From: a virus
Lineage: Duplodnaviria > Caudoviricetes
Reading direction: 5' to 3' (one strand)
Length of the DNA stretch: 54,883 nt
Virus record (IMG/VR): IMGVR_UViG_3300008110_000071
Location: 1-54,883 of that record
In this document: positions 30,547 through 38,249 of the stretch, one piece after another
How the letters are laid out: every line of letters begins with the position of its first letter
Numbering within the stretch: position 1 is the stretch's first letter
The notes under the pieces: generated by a model
The model's input: the letters and a program-made list of their open reading frames with translations, nothing else
Databases searched by the model: none
Told to the model about the DNA's origin: nothing
Made by a program: the position numbers and the translations under genes

Positions 30547-31722
30547 ATGACTAATCTATTAGAAGCCTATCAATCTATGTATGAAGATCAAGATTGGAAG
30601 GAAAGAAATTTTAGATCAATGCCAGATAAAAGTATTCCTAAGGTTGCAGATAAAGCTAGAAAGTTGCAGGCAGATATCAAGTCTCAGAAATCAAGACCAT
30701 TAGCAAGATTTCGCCCTGGAATTAGAAAAGACGTAAAGAATAAGAATAATCAGCTTAGAAATATTATACATTCACTTAGAATGAAACAAGGTGATGTAGA
30801 AGCTAGAAAAAGAGCACATGATAGTAAAATTGATCATATTAGACAAAAAGCACACGAACTAGGAGTTAGGATTCACAATCTTAATAAACCACAAAGTGTT
30901 ATTGCACCTGGACCAAAAAACTGGAATAGACCCTCAAATAAAAAGGTAAATGCATCAAATACAATCAAGAGATTTCGTAGAGAAGATATTGAGTATATTC
31001 TAGATTATCTTGTAAATGAAGGCTATGCAAACTCCTATGAAAGTGCTGCAGGAATTTGTGAGTCTATGTCTGATGCCTGGGTAAATTCAATCTTAGGTGA
31101 AGTTATTGTAGAATCTTCTAGAAGATCACAAGTTGCATCAAAGCAAGGTAGAACACCAAAGCCAGGTGCAAAGAGTGGCAAATCTAGTGCACCATTGGAT
31201 ATCAAGATGGCTGGAATGCCTGGCTCTGGTAAATCAACAATGGCAAAAAGGCTAGCCAAAAAGACTGGCGGAACTGCAACTGGATATGACGATGCACGAG
31301 AAACAATTCATGGTAATAGATCTAATCAATCTAAGTTTCCTGAAGTCCACAAACTTACAATGGATCGACTAAGAGACGCAAATAAATCTAAGCCAAGAAT
31401 TCAAGACAACACTAATGTTAATCCAAAGTTCAAACAGAGTACTGATGATAGTCTAAAGAAAGATGCTGGATTTAGATCAATTACAACAGTATCACCTAGA
31501 ACATCACAGAGGAGATCATTTGCACGAAATGCAAAGAGAGATCAGCCAGTTCCAAGATTTGTGATGAAAAGTATGGCATCACAAGAAAAAGAGTTTAGAA
31601 AGTCTAGAGAAGGTAAAGGTGCAGTTAAGACAGGTAAGGACCTGACTAAGAGATTCAGATTAAATCGTAGATCTGCAAGAGCAAGACTAGGAGTTGAAAA
31701 TCCAAAGAGAGGTCAAGCATGA
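30547..31722 (+). CDS. Basic putative internal head protein with C-terminal AAA_33/PNK-type P-loop kinase
   Basis: LLEAYQSMYE start, EYILDYLVNEGYA..ESA..I..SMS..W repeat domain, GMPGSGKST, DDAR, DNTN, RNAKR..PVPRFV. Confidence 0.65.
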   Translation: MTNLLEAYQSMYEDQDWKERNFRSMPDKSIPKVADKARKLQADIKSQKSRPLARFRPGIRKDVKNKNNQLRNIIHSLRMKQGDVEARKRAHDSKIDHIRQKAHELGVRIHNLNKPQSVIAPGPKNWNRPSNKKVNASNTIKRFRREDIEYILDYLVNEGYANSYESAAGICESMSDAWVNSILGEVIVESSRRSQVASKQGRTPKPGAKSGKSSAPLDIKMAGMPGSGKSTMAKRLAKKTGGTATGYDDARETIHGNRSNQSKFPEVHKLTMDRLRDANKSKPRIQDNTNVNPKFKQSTDDSLKKDAGFRSITTVSPRTSQRRSFARNAKRDQPVPRFVMKSMASQEKEFRKSREGKGAVKTGKDLTKRFRLNRRSARARLGVENPKRGQA

Positions 31723-32354
31723 AAACGTACTCTGAATTTTTAGTAGAGTCTGAACGTAGAATTGGAAGGGCATTGAGCCCTAGAGGGCCATCTTCAACTA
31801 GAGGGTTTATGGCTCGTAATAGAACTTATGGTGAATATGATAATACTCCTCCAACACAACAAAGAACTCAACGAAGAGCTATGCTCAGAAGGCATGGACT
31901 TCCAAAAGGATCTGCAAACTTAAAAACTCCCGAAACCAAATCCATCAAAAATGATGGAATGGAAACGAAAGTTACAACCCATAAAAACTCTGGACACTTT
32001 GCAAACGAAAGACTTCGTACTATGCAAATGTTTAAGTCACCAAAGAAAGATCAACATCAAGTTGTTAAGAGTATTACAAAACACTTAGGAAGAAACCACA
32101 GAAAACCATTTTCTGATGTTGATATCTACAATACAAACAAAGATGACTCTAAGATGACAAGTGGTAGAAAGTTTATGAAGGCAGTGAAAAATGTTCCAAA
32201 GGATGTTAGGTCTGTAGGTGGAAAATCTTTTGGTGGAGTTCCAACAGATATGAATACTGGAAGACACTCTCCAAGTCGTGAGAAGTTATATCGTGATAAA
32301 CTTAAAATGACTAGACAAGATAAAACTACTCGATATCAATTCAAAAGAGGTTAA
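31719..32354 (+). CDS. Basic putative internal head protein
   Basis: N-terminus MKTYSEFLVE resembles T4 IP capsid-targeting sequence MKTYQEFIAE. Confidence 0.6.
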   Translation: MKTYSEFLVESERRIGRALSPRGPSSTRGFMARNRTYGEYDNTPPTQQRTQRRAMLRRHGLPKGSANLKTPETKSIKNDGMETKVTTHKNSGHFANERLRTMQMFKSPKKDQHQVVKSITKHLGRNHRKPFSDVDIYNTNKDDSKMTSGRKFMKAVKNVPKDVRSVGGKSFGGVPTDMNTGRHSPSREKLYRDKLKMTRQDKTTRYQFKRG

Positions 32355-32356
32355 GC

Positions 32357-32962
32357 ATGAAAACATTTGCTCAGTTCCTAGAAGAAGCAAAGCAACATAC
32401 TCAACTTTTAGATGATGCTTGGATTCCACCTGCATCAAAGAAATTGAGAGCTGGAACAGAAAGTCCATTAAGTCTTGCAAGAAAGAAGGGAACGGATGTT
32501 AATAAAGTAAGAGCATCAGTTGGAAAATTCGCAGAACCAATCAACAATCCAAGGCATCCTGATATTGATTATAAAAAGGATGAAAAGTCAGGAACTCATA
32601 CATTCACACACAAAAAACATCCAATTCAAGTAACCTATACCCCAGGAGATAAACCAAATACATTTATTCAGAATACAACTAAAACTGGAGAAACAACTGA
32701 TAGAATTGGTGCAGGTAAAGCAATGCAGGATATTAAAAAGAAAGTATCATCTTCAGCAAGACCTGGAACTACATTAGTATCACAACCAGTAGGAGATCGT
32801 AGGGCATCATTGAATACAAGATCCCAGGGAATGAGTGAACCAAATGAAAAGGGAGTACAAGCAGGAATTACAAGAAATCGTTCACCAAAACAAAAGGCGA
32901 GAGGTGCAAAGCCTTTAGATCCAGTGAAACATACTGGGACATTTATTGATCCTAATCATTAA
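32357..32962 (+). CDS. Basic putative internal head protein
   Basis: N-terminus MKTFAQFLEEA; K/R-rich. Confidence 0.6.
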   Translation: MKTFAQFLEEAKQHTQLLDDAWIPPASKKLRAGTESPLSLARKKGTDVNKVRASVGKFAEPINNPRHPDIDYKKDEKSGTHTFTHKKHPIQVTYTPGDKPNTFIQNTTKTGETTDRIGAGKAMQDIKKKVSSSARPGTTLVSQPVGDRRASLNTRSQGMSEPNEKGVQAGITRNRSPKQKARGAKPLDPVKHTGTFIDPNH

Positions 32963-32988
32963 ATCTACAAACTCAAATAAATTATTTT

Positions 32989-33023
32989 TTCCGAGGATCT
33001 AAACGGTTCTCGGAATTTTTTTT
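32989..33023 (+). terminator. Probable terminator of + strand operon
   Basis: TTCCGAG-N13-CTCGGAA followed by T8. Confidence 0.5.
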
Positions 33024-33352
33024 GTTGAAAATTTTTTCCGAGATTATTTTGATACACTCGGTAAGACAAAGGGCGATATATGTGAATTGCTCGGAATATG
33101 TTGTGCGGGTTGGGAGGGGCATATGGGGAAACCTTGGATGGGCTTGGAGATTGGTGGAAAATTTTTGAGTTGATTGAGTATCTCTCTGGCTTTCTGGGTA
33201 CGTTATAGCTTAGGGTAGTTAGACGTTTTTCACGGGTACGGGCCGGGGCGACCCATAAGGGCCGTTTATACTGCCCCTGCCCACTGATAAGGACTGCTGA
33301 TCGATCAGGATTGCTGATCAAAGGGGGAGCCCCGGAGGGCTCCCGCTGCGGG

Positions 33353-33529
33353 TCAGTGGAACACCACAGAAGTGCAGTGGCAGCCGAAGCTCTCAAACCA
33401 CTGATCCAGCTCCTCCCACGTGGGGAAGGACACCTGCCCGCCTTCCGTGGGGGACAGCATGTAGCTGGCGCTGTAGGCCACACGGGTGACCGTGGTGTTC
33501 TGAGCGGTGACGGTGACGGCTTTAGTCAT
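33353..33529 (-). CDS. Early micro-ORF, 58 aa (absent from track)
   Basis: MTKAVTVTAQN...SFPTWEELDQWFESFG; GAGGA RBS, repeated leader, TAGGAT -10. Confidence 0.65.
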   Translation of the reverse strand: MTKAVTVTAQNTTVTRVAYSASYMLSPTEGGQVSFPTWEELDQWFESFGCHCTSVVFH

Positions 33530-33541
33530 GATCCTCAGGCA

Positions 33542-33568
33542 GTGCGGGCACCGATCGGCCCGCTTGAG
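33542..33568 (-). repeat. Repeated 5' leader hairpin, copy 1 of 3
   Basis: GTGCGGGCACCGATCGGCCCGCTTGAG also at 34171-34197 and 34519-34545. Confidence 0.95.
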
Positions 33569-33624
33569 ATAATCCTACAGGATGGGCGGGCCAGCCGTGG
33601 CTGAGCTGGCCCTAAAGTTCATAT

Positions 33625-33813
33625 TCAGTAACCTAGCCAGACCAGCCACTCCCCGGCGTCAACCCCATTGGGCCAGCCTATGGCTGAGCCATACAGGGCC
33701 AAAAACTCTTGCCCGACACCGTGGCTGATCGATTCACTGAAAGCATCCTGATAGGGGATGCAGCCCTGCTCGTTCATGCGGGCTTCTGTGGCTTCCCTAA
33801 GGGTTTCGTACAT
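33625..33813 (-). CDS. Early micro-ORF, hypothetical
   Basis: Fits cassette between hairpins; VDAGEWLVWLGY C-terminus. Confidence 0.65.
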   Translation of the reverse strand: MYETLREATEARMNEQGCIPYQDAFSESISHGVGQEFLALYGSAIGWPNGVDAGEWLVWLGY

Positions 33814-33845
33814 GGTGCTTGTGCTTGTGGGGTGTAGGTAGGAAG

Positions 33846-33876
33846 GGGGACCCCGTAGGGTCCCCGGCTGGGCTCA
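33846..33876 (-). repeat. 31-bp post-stop hairpin repeat (GGGGACCC-TACG-GGGTCCCC), copy 1 of 2
   Basis: Identical copy at 35148-35178; begins at upstream gene's TGA. Confidence 0.95.
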
Positions 33877-34158
33877 CCAGTCGCTGGGATCGTACTGATC
33901 GCAGCGCCAATCCTCACGCTCCTCATCTGTCATGGGCCGGGTGAGGCTGAGCGGGCCACATGCCCACAGTTCTACTTCCTCGCCGTGCTCGGGCTCACAA
34001 GCCCAGCTCAGAACCAACCCAGCTGGCAGATACAGCCAGCCCCGTGTGGGCTGGTTTGCTGCTGTATCTACGTACAGCACGTGAAGTATCGTCTGGAACT
34101 TAGGCGGGAGGCGCAGGTCGCCTACCGAGCAGGGAGTGAAAAGGTCAGAGCTTTGCAT
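33874..34158 (-). CDS. Early micro-ORF, hypothetical
   Basis: AAGGA RBS and repeated leader upstream. Confidence 0.7.
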   Translation of the reverse strand: MQSSDLFTPCSVGDLRLPPKFQTILHVLYVDTAANQPTRGWLYLPAGLVLSWACEPEHGEEVELWACGPLSLTRPMTDEEREDWRCDQYDPSDW

Positions 34159-34197
34159 GGTCCTTAAGCGGTGCGGGCACCGATCGGCCCGCTTGAG
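34156..34197 (-). repeat. 42-bp leader+RBS+ATG repeat
   Basis: Identical to 34504-34545. Confidence 0.95.
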
Positions 34198-34201
34198 ATT
34201 A

Positions 34202-34240
34202 AGTGTACAGCATGGTGGGGCAAGCCGTCAAGCTTGCCCC
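34202..34240 (-). promoter_or_regulatory. sigma70 promoter with -35 inside inverted repeat
   Basis: GGGGCAAGC-TTGACG-GCTTGCCCC...TACACT (18-nt spacer); second copy at 34550-34588 with TACTAT. Confidence 0.75.
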
Positions 34241-34248
34241 GGTTGGGT

Positions 34249-34506
34249 TTAGAGGTTGAACGCCAGCTCTAGGGCATTGGCATAGCCTTGTGCCGTATTC
34301 GCCAGCTGCAGCAGCGCCTTCCGTTCGGGCGACATGTAGTGTCCCCGTTCCATCTCACACCACTGTGCAACCCAGGCCCAATCGGCTTGCTGCTGCCAGC
34401 CACGGCAGGCCATAGCCTCATCACTCCACCCCCAACGGGTGTACTGCTCGACTTGCTGGGAGTCGAGCTTGCGGATGCCAGCGTAGACAAGCTCAGTCAG
34501 GGTCAT
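34249..34506 (-). CDS. Early micro-ORF, hypothetical
   Basis: AAGGA RBS and repeated leader. Confidence 0.7.
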   Translation of the reverse strand: MTLTELVYAGIRKLDSQQVEQYTRWGWSDEAMACRGWQQQADWAWVAQWCEMERGHYMSPERKALLQLANTAQGYANALELAFNL

Positions 34507-34596
34507 GGTCCTTAAGCGGTGCGGGCACCGATCGGCCCGCTTGAGTTCAATAGTAGAGGGTGAAGGGGCAAGCCGTCAAGCTTGCCCCGGCTGGCC

Positions 34597-34797
34597 TCAG
34601 GCGTCGAATAGCAGTTGGGAGCCGATCTCCAGCTCGACTGCTCGCCGATACTGAGCGAGCGCCAGCCGCTTGGCTTGCCGGTCGCCCCGGTAGCCAGCGT
34701 TACAGGCAAGACACCACCACATCTCCCACCTACCGGTAGAGGGGGGCAGCCCTTCCGGGCGATCGTAGGCGGTGTGTGTGCTGATGGTGCTGATCAT
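34597..34797 (-). CDS. Early micro-ORF, hypothetical
   Basis: Cassette position; TACACT -10 upstream. Confidence 0.55.
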   Translation of the reverse strand: MISTISTHTAYDRPEGLPPSTGRWEMWWCLACNAGYRGDRQAKRLALAQYRRAVELEIGSQLLFDA

Positions 34798-34835
34798 CGT
34801 TCTAGTGGGTTGGCTTGTGCAGTGTAGGGAGAGAT

Positions 34836-34871
34836 GGGGCCACCAGCTGGTGGCCCCGGTGGTGATCAGCC
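34836..34871. repeat. Perfect 22-bp palindrome GGGGCCACCAGCTGGTGGCCCC plus GGTGGTGATCAGCC
   Basis: Variant at 35471-35503. Confidence 0.9.
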
Positions 34872-35105
34872 AGCCTCGCCGGGCTGGAATCGGATGCTGC
34901 CATCCGCTAGCACGTCAGCCTGCCTCCCAGGCCGGCGCTGCAGCCAGGCCATGGCACCCCGTAGGGCAGCCATGCGAACCTCGGCCATGGCCTGCCAGCC
35001 GGTGAGCCGAAGGCACGAGTCGCCTCCGGCAGCCGGAACGGCGTAGTAGGTCAGCAGCTGACCCTCACGGGTGGTGTGCTGGCTGATCAGGATCGGAGAA
35101 GGCAT
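34866..35105 (-). CDS. Early micro-ORF, hypothetical
   Basis: TGcTAAGAT -10 and C/A-rich leader upstream. Confidence 0.6.
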   Translation of the reverse strand: MPSPILISQHTTREGQLLTYYAVPAAGGDSCLRLTGWQAMAEVRMAALRGAMAWLQRRPGRQADVLADGSIRFQPGEAG

Positions 35106-35175
35106 TGGTCTGGGTTGGTTTGGGACTTGAGAATCTTAGCAGGTGGTGGGGACCCCGTAGGGTCCCCGGCTGGGC

Positions 35176-35430
35176 TCAGATGCAGTTGTCAGCCAGCCAA
35201 TCCCGGATCTCGTTCGGGTAGGTGGCCCATGCCTGCAGGGCTTGTGCGAGCATGTCGCACTCTAGGTAGCCTCTGTCAAAAGCCCATAGTGTGCCGCCGT
35301 TTCCGGTGAGGGAACACCAGATAGAAAAGGTGCTCGGCTTGCGATCATCCTCGCTATCGGCCCAGCTCAGCAGCCTCTCCACGGCGTAGGTGGCCTGTTC
35401 AACGGTGAGGCGGGTCTCGGTGGTTGCCAT
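35176..35430 (-). CDS. Early micro-ORF, hypothetical
   Basis: GYLECDMLAQALQAWATYP; TACACT -10 upstream. Confidence 0.65.
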   Translation of the reverse strand: MATTETRLTVEQATYAVERLLSWADSEDDRKPSTFSIWCSLTGNGGTLWAFDRGYLECDMLAQALQAWATYPNEIRDWLADNCI

Positions 35431-35497
35431 GGTGGGTTCCGTTTGGGACTTCTACAGTGTACAGCATGGTGGGGCCAGCTTGTGGCCCCGGTGGTGA

Positions 35498-35704
35498 TCA
35501 GCCGATCAGCTCACCCAGGCGCTGGGCCATGGCCCCGCTTTGACGCCACAGGCGCTCGATTGCCTCCCGGTCACGACCGTTGGCGGGGTCTTGAAAAGCT
35601 TCCTGCAGGATGCCAAACCAGTAGGAGCTGGAATCAAAAGCCATACGGCGCAGGGCCTCGGCCTCCCAGGCGGTGAGGGTCAGGGTGACGGTTTCGGATT
35701 GCAT
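35498..35704 (-). CDS. Early micro-ORF, hypothetical
   Basis: VTLTLTAWEAEAL N-terminal strand; TTGCAA...TAGTGT promoter upstream. Confidence 0.6.
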   Translation of the reverse strand: MQSETVTLTLTAWEAEALRRMAFDSSSYWFGILQEAFQDPANGRDREAIERLWRQSGAMAQRLGELIG

Positions 35705-35870
35705 CGCTGTAGTGCGGTGTACGTAGGGAACACTAGCAGGCCGCTGCTGCAGCTTGCAAGGGGTCAGAGTGACAGCTTAGAAAGTGGCACAGCTGTGGCA
35801 GTTCTAGAACTGGCCCACTAGGGTTTAGCGTGGGCCAGTGTGCCAGCAGGCCAGCTGGCCCTGTGCCAGC

Positions 35871-36080
35871 TCAGGCCCTGGCCCTGCGACGCCTGATCTC
35901 GTCACCATACGTGCTTGCTTCATCGCTGTAGCGGCCCTCGGCGATGGGGTTCCAGCCTCGCATCGCCTGCTCGGCCTTGCGTGCATCCTGTGCACTGTAG
36001 ATCAGCTCAGCCAGGGTCATGGCCTTTGCCTTGGCTTCCCAACGGGCGAAGTCTTGTGGAGTGGCGTGGTTGGCGATCAT
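35871..36080 (-). CDS. Early micro-ORF, hypothetical
   Basis: TGcTATACT -10 upstream; EGRYSDEASTYGDEIRRR. Confidence 0.7.
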   Translation of the reverse strand: MIANHATPQDFARWEAKAKAMTLAELIYSAQDARKAEQAMRGWNPIAEGRYSDEASTYGDEIRRRRARA

Positions 36081-36268
36081 GGCCTTTGGCTGAACTGAGA
36101 TCAGTATAGCAGGTGGGCTGGCGTGGTGTGGGCCAGCTGGTGGCCAGCCCTTGGATTGTCACAATGTGAAATGTATGTACATTGTGCCCCTACGTGTGTG
36201 TGGGGGAATGTATGGTTAAGTATTACCTATTACGGTTAATAATTTGTAATACTGTTAATAATTTTATA

Positions 36269-36418
36269 TTATTGATAATAATTCTTGTCTACCAGAATAT
36301 CATTCTCCCAAACTACATTGGTAGTATTAAATATAACGCTTAATAATTCTTCAGTCAATTCAATGTAACCCATAGTGTTCAATTCTTCCACTTGTGCGTT
36401 GGTGAGAAAGGGATTCAT
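36269..36418 (-). CDS. Micro-ORF, 49 aa (absent from track)
   Basis: MNPFLTNAQVEELNTMGYIELTEELL...; promoter-like spacing upstream. Confidence 0.5.
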   Translation of the reverse strand: MNPFLTNAQVEELNTMGYIELTEELLSVIFNTTNVVWENDILVDKNYYQ

Positions 36419-36508
36419 GGGGTTGCCTTTGTTTGACCTTTATATAGTCCCATAGATCCTGGCCAGAGTCTAGTGGTCTTGTGCCAGTGGTCAAACTGGT
36501 TCTAGGAC

Positions 36509-36538
36509 TTGACTGGGGGCCGGACGGCGTGCTAGAGT
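36509..36538 (+). promoter_or_regulatory. Antisense sigma70 promoter
   Basis: TTGACT-N18-TAGAGT with extended TG; second TGcTAGGAT at 36613-36621. Confidence 0.55.
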
Positions 36539-36626
36539 GAAGGTAGACTCTATTTGTCTGTGTGACGATTTGTATACTGTCTGTAATTTGGCTCTGTTGG
36601 GGGGTGGTGCCGTGCTAGGATGTGAT

Positions 36627-36690
36627 CACAACCGAGAGAGGGCTGGGGTAAGCCTGATGATGAAATGGTCGCCACGCCCCCTGCCATAAA
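36627..36690 (+). ncRNA. Candidate small structured RNA
   Basis: Follows TGcTAGGAT; AGAGGGCTGG pairs imperfectly with CCACGCCCCCT; no ORF. Confidence 0.3.
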
Positions 36691-36709
36691 ATAGTTAATA
36701 AAAAAAGAC

Positions 36710-36736
36710 AAAAAAAGGGCTTGCTGTCAAGCCCCG
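36710..36736 (-). terminator. Terminator GGGCTTG-ACAG-CAAGCCC-T7 (contains TTGACA)
   Basis: Hairpin plus T run downstream of ORF 36749-37063. Confidence 0.75.
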
Positions 36737-36748
36737 GTGTGCCACTTG

Positions 36749-37063
36749 TCAAACTGCGCTAGGGCGATCCTGGCTCCACTGGCGCAAGCGACGGGTGCTG
36801 GCCTTGCTGTAGACACGGTTGGTGATCGGGTCGCCGTTGGCCTTGGTGGCGATATTGCGGCCTGCAGCGTCAGCAGCAGCCTGCAGTGCCTTACGGCCCA
36901 GCTTGCGTTCAGCCTCTAGGGCGTTCTCATTGGTGGCCAGGTCAAACAGCCATTGTGCACGGTGGCGGCCAACGATGTGGGGCTGACGGATGGTGATCTT
37001 GGCAACAGCCACAGCAACCACGGTGGGGATGCTGGTGCGGGTCAGGCGATCGTTGCGGGTCAT
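36749..37063 (-). CDS. Basic hypothetical protein
   Basis: Own promoter and terminator. Confidence 0.65.
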   Translation of the reverse strand: MTRNDRLTRTSIPTVVAVAVAKITIRQPHIVGRHRAQWLFDLATNENALEAERKLGRKALQAAADAAGRNIATKANGDPITNRVYSKASTRRLRQWSQDRPSAV

Positions 37064-37168
37064 TGTCTCGTGGGGTGTGTGGGGGATCTCTGCCCCCGTG
37101 ATCTAAGTATAGGGCACCGGGTAGACCCTGGCTATGGGTCAGACCCGGTTTGTTGCAAAGCTTAATCT

Positions 37169-37927
37169 TTACACTTTAGCGGTCAGAATAGCCTGGCGCT
37201 CTTTAGCGTAACCACTAAACTGTCCAGCCTTGCGACGTGCCCACACTGCTTTGCCATAGGTTGAACCTTTAGGCTGGGTTGAATGCACGAGAAGTGCAAA
37301 CGGTTTGTCACCAAAACAATGCGAATCGTCGTGATCAACCTCTAACCCAAGCGCTGCAGCTTCTTCATCGTTGTGCACAACTTTACTGTAGCGGGAGAAC
37401 ACACCAGCATCAATGTAGTGGTCAAACTTACCACCATAGCTGGCAGTAAAGTAAAAGTTGGAGGGAAGCTCCAAACCTACAAACAGTGGCAGATTCTTGC
37501 TGTAGCAGTAGAACTTAAGATCAGGGTTCAGCTTAGCTACTTCAATCCAAGCATCCAGATAGGCACCCGAGAAGAAATCACCAGACTCGTGGATTCTCAC
37601 CAGCTTGCTGTTCTTCTTGCGAGCATTCTGCAAGCTTCGATCAATTAAACCTACCAAATTGTTGGCTTGCATCGCTTCCACAACCATTTCAAGGTTGCGA
37701 GCCCGAGCATAGAAAGGGCCATCGTATTGTGCCTCGCTAGTTGCAGCAAAGCAACGGAATTGAGTCTGTGGGCCATCCTGAACTTTACGTTTGCCGTCTT
37801 CAGTAACAACAGCAAAGGACAAACAGAACAGAGCGCCAGGGCAGGTTTTACCAGCTGGCAGACTAAAGATCAGTGTGCCCTTGCCAAGCTTGGCGTTACC
37901 GTGGGAGAAGGTGAGAAGGTCGGTCAT
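37169..37927 (-). CDS. GP88-like (radical-SAM-related) protein
   Basis: GNAKL...FSLPAGKTCPGA..C...CFAA, RIHESGDFFS..YL.AW, FYCYSK. Confidence 0.8.
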   Translation of the reverse strand: MTDLLTFSHGNAKLGKGTLIFSLPAGKTCPGALFCLSFAVVTEDGKRKVQDGPQTQFRCFAATSEAQYDGPFYARARNLEMVVEAMQANNLVGLIDRSLQNARKKNSKLVRIHESGDFFSGAYLDAWIEVAKLNPDLKFYCYSKNLPLFVGLELPSNFYFTASYGGKFDHYIDAGVFSRYSKVVHNDEEAAALGLEVDHDDSHCFGDKPFALLVHSTQPKGSTYGKAVWARRKAGQFSGYAKERQAILTAKV

Positions 37928-38005
37928 TGGTTCGGGTGTTGAACTTGAGTGAATCCTAGCAGCTGGTGGGGGCTTGGGAAGCCCCCGACTGATTAGCGTT
38001 GCTTA

Positions 38006-38170
38006 TCAGTACCCGTTCAGAAACTCGTGCAGGGCTTCCTGATACTGCTCCTCGGTGTGGAAGGTCCGAGTCCCGATGGTGCAAGGGAAGGTGCGACGGG
38101 GAGCGGCAGCCTTGCTGGGCTCTTTGCCCTGCTGCTGCAGCTGCTGAACATAGGGGTTCTGGCTGGTCAC
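38006..38170 (-). CDS. Micro-ORF, 54 aa, GTG start (absent from track)
   Basis: SQNPYVQQL...FPCTIGTRTFHTEEQYQEAL; TGcTAGGAT promoter. Confidence 0.6.
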   Translation of the reverse strand: MTSQNPYVQQLQQQGKEPSKAAAPRRTFPCTIGTRTFHTEEQYQEALHEFLNGY

Positions 38171-38249
38171 GGTGTCGTTTGTGGTTGACTCTGGAATCCT
38201 AGCAGCTGGTGGGGAGCCCTGAGCCCCCCTTCGTTACAAATCGAAATAA

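Noticed and set aside
32965-33483. 172-aa track ORF
   Set aside because: Low-complexity read-through of a skewed non-coding tract, overlapping a better-supported 58-aa ORF with RBS and promoter
33542-35503. CRISPR or guide-RNA array
   Set aside because: Repeats are of several types, spaced 300-1300 nt apart by ORFs; no cas or Nop-domain gene in the window
36654-36665. Hammerhead ribozyme (CTGATGA-T-GAAA)
   Set aside because: Only one base between CUGAUGA and GAAA, so no stem II; no convincing stems I/III
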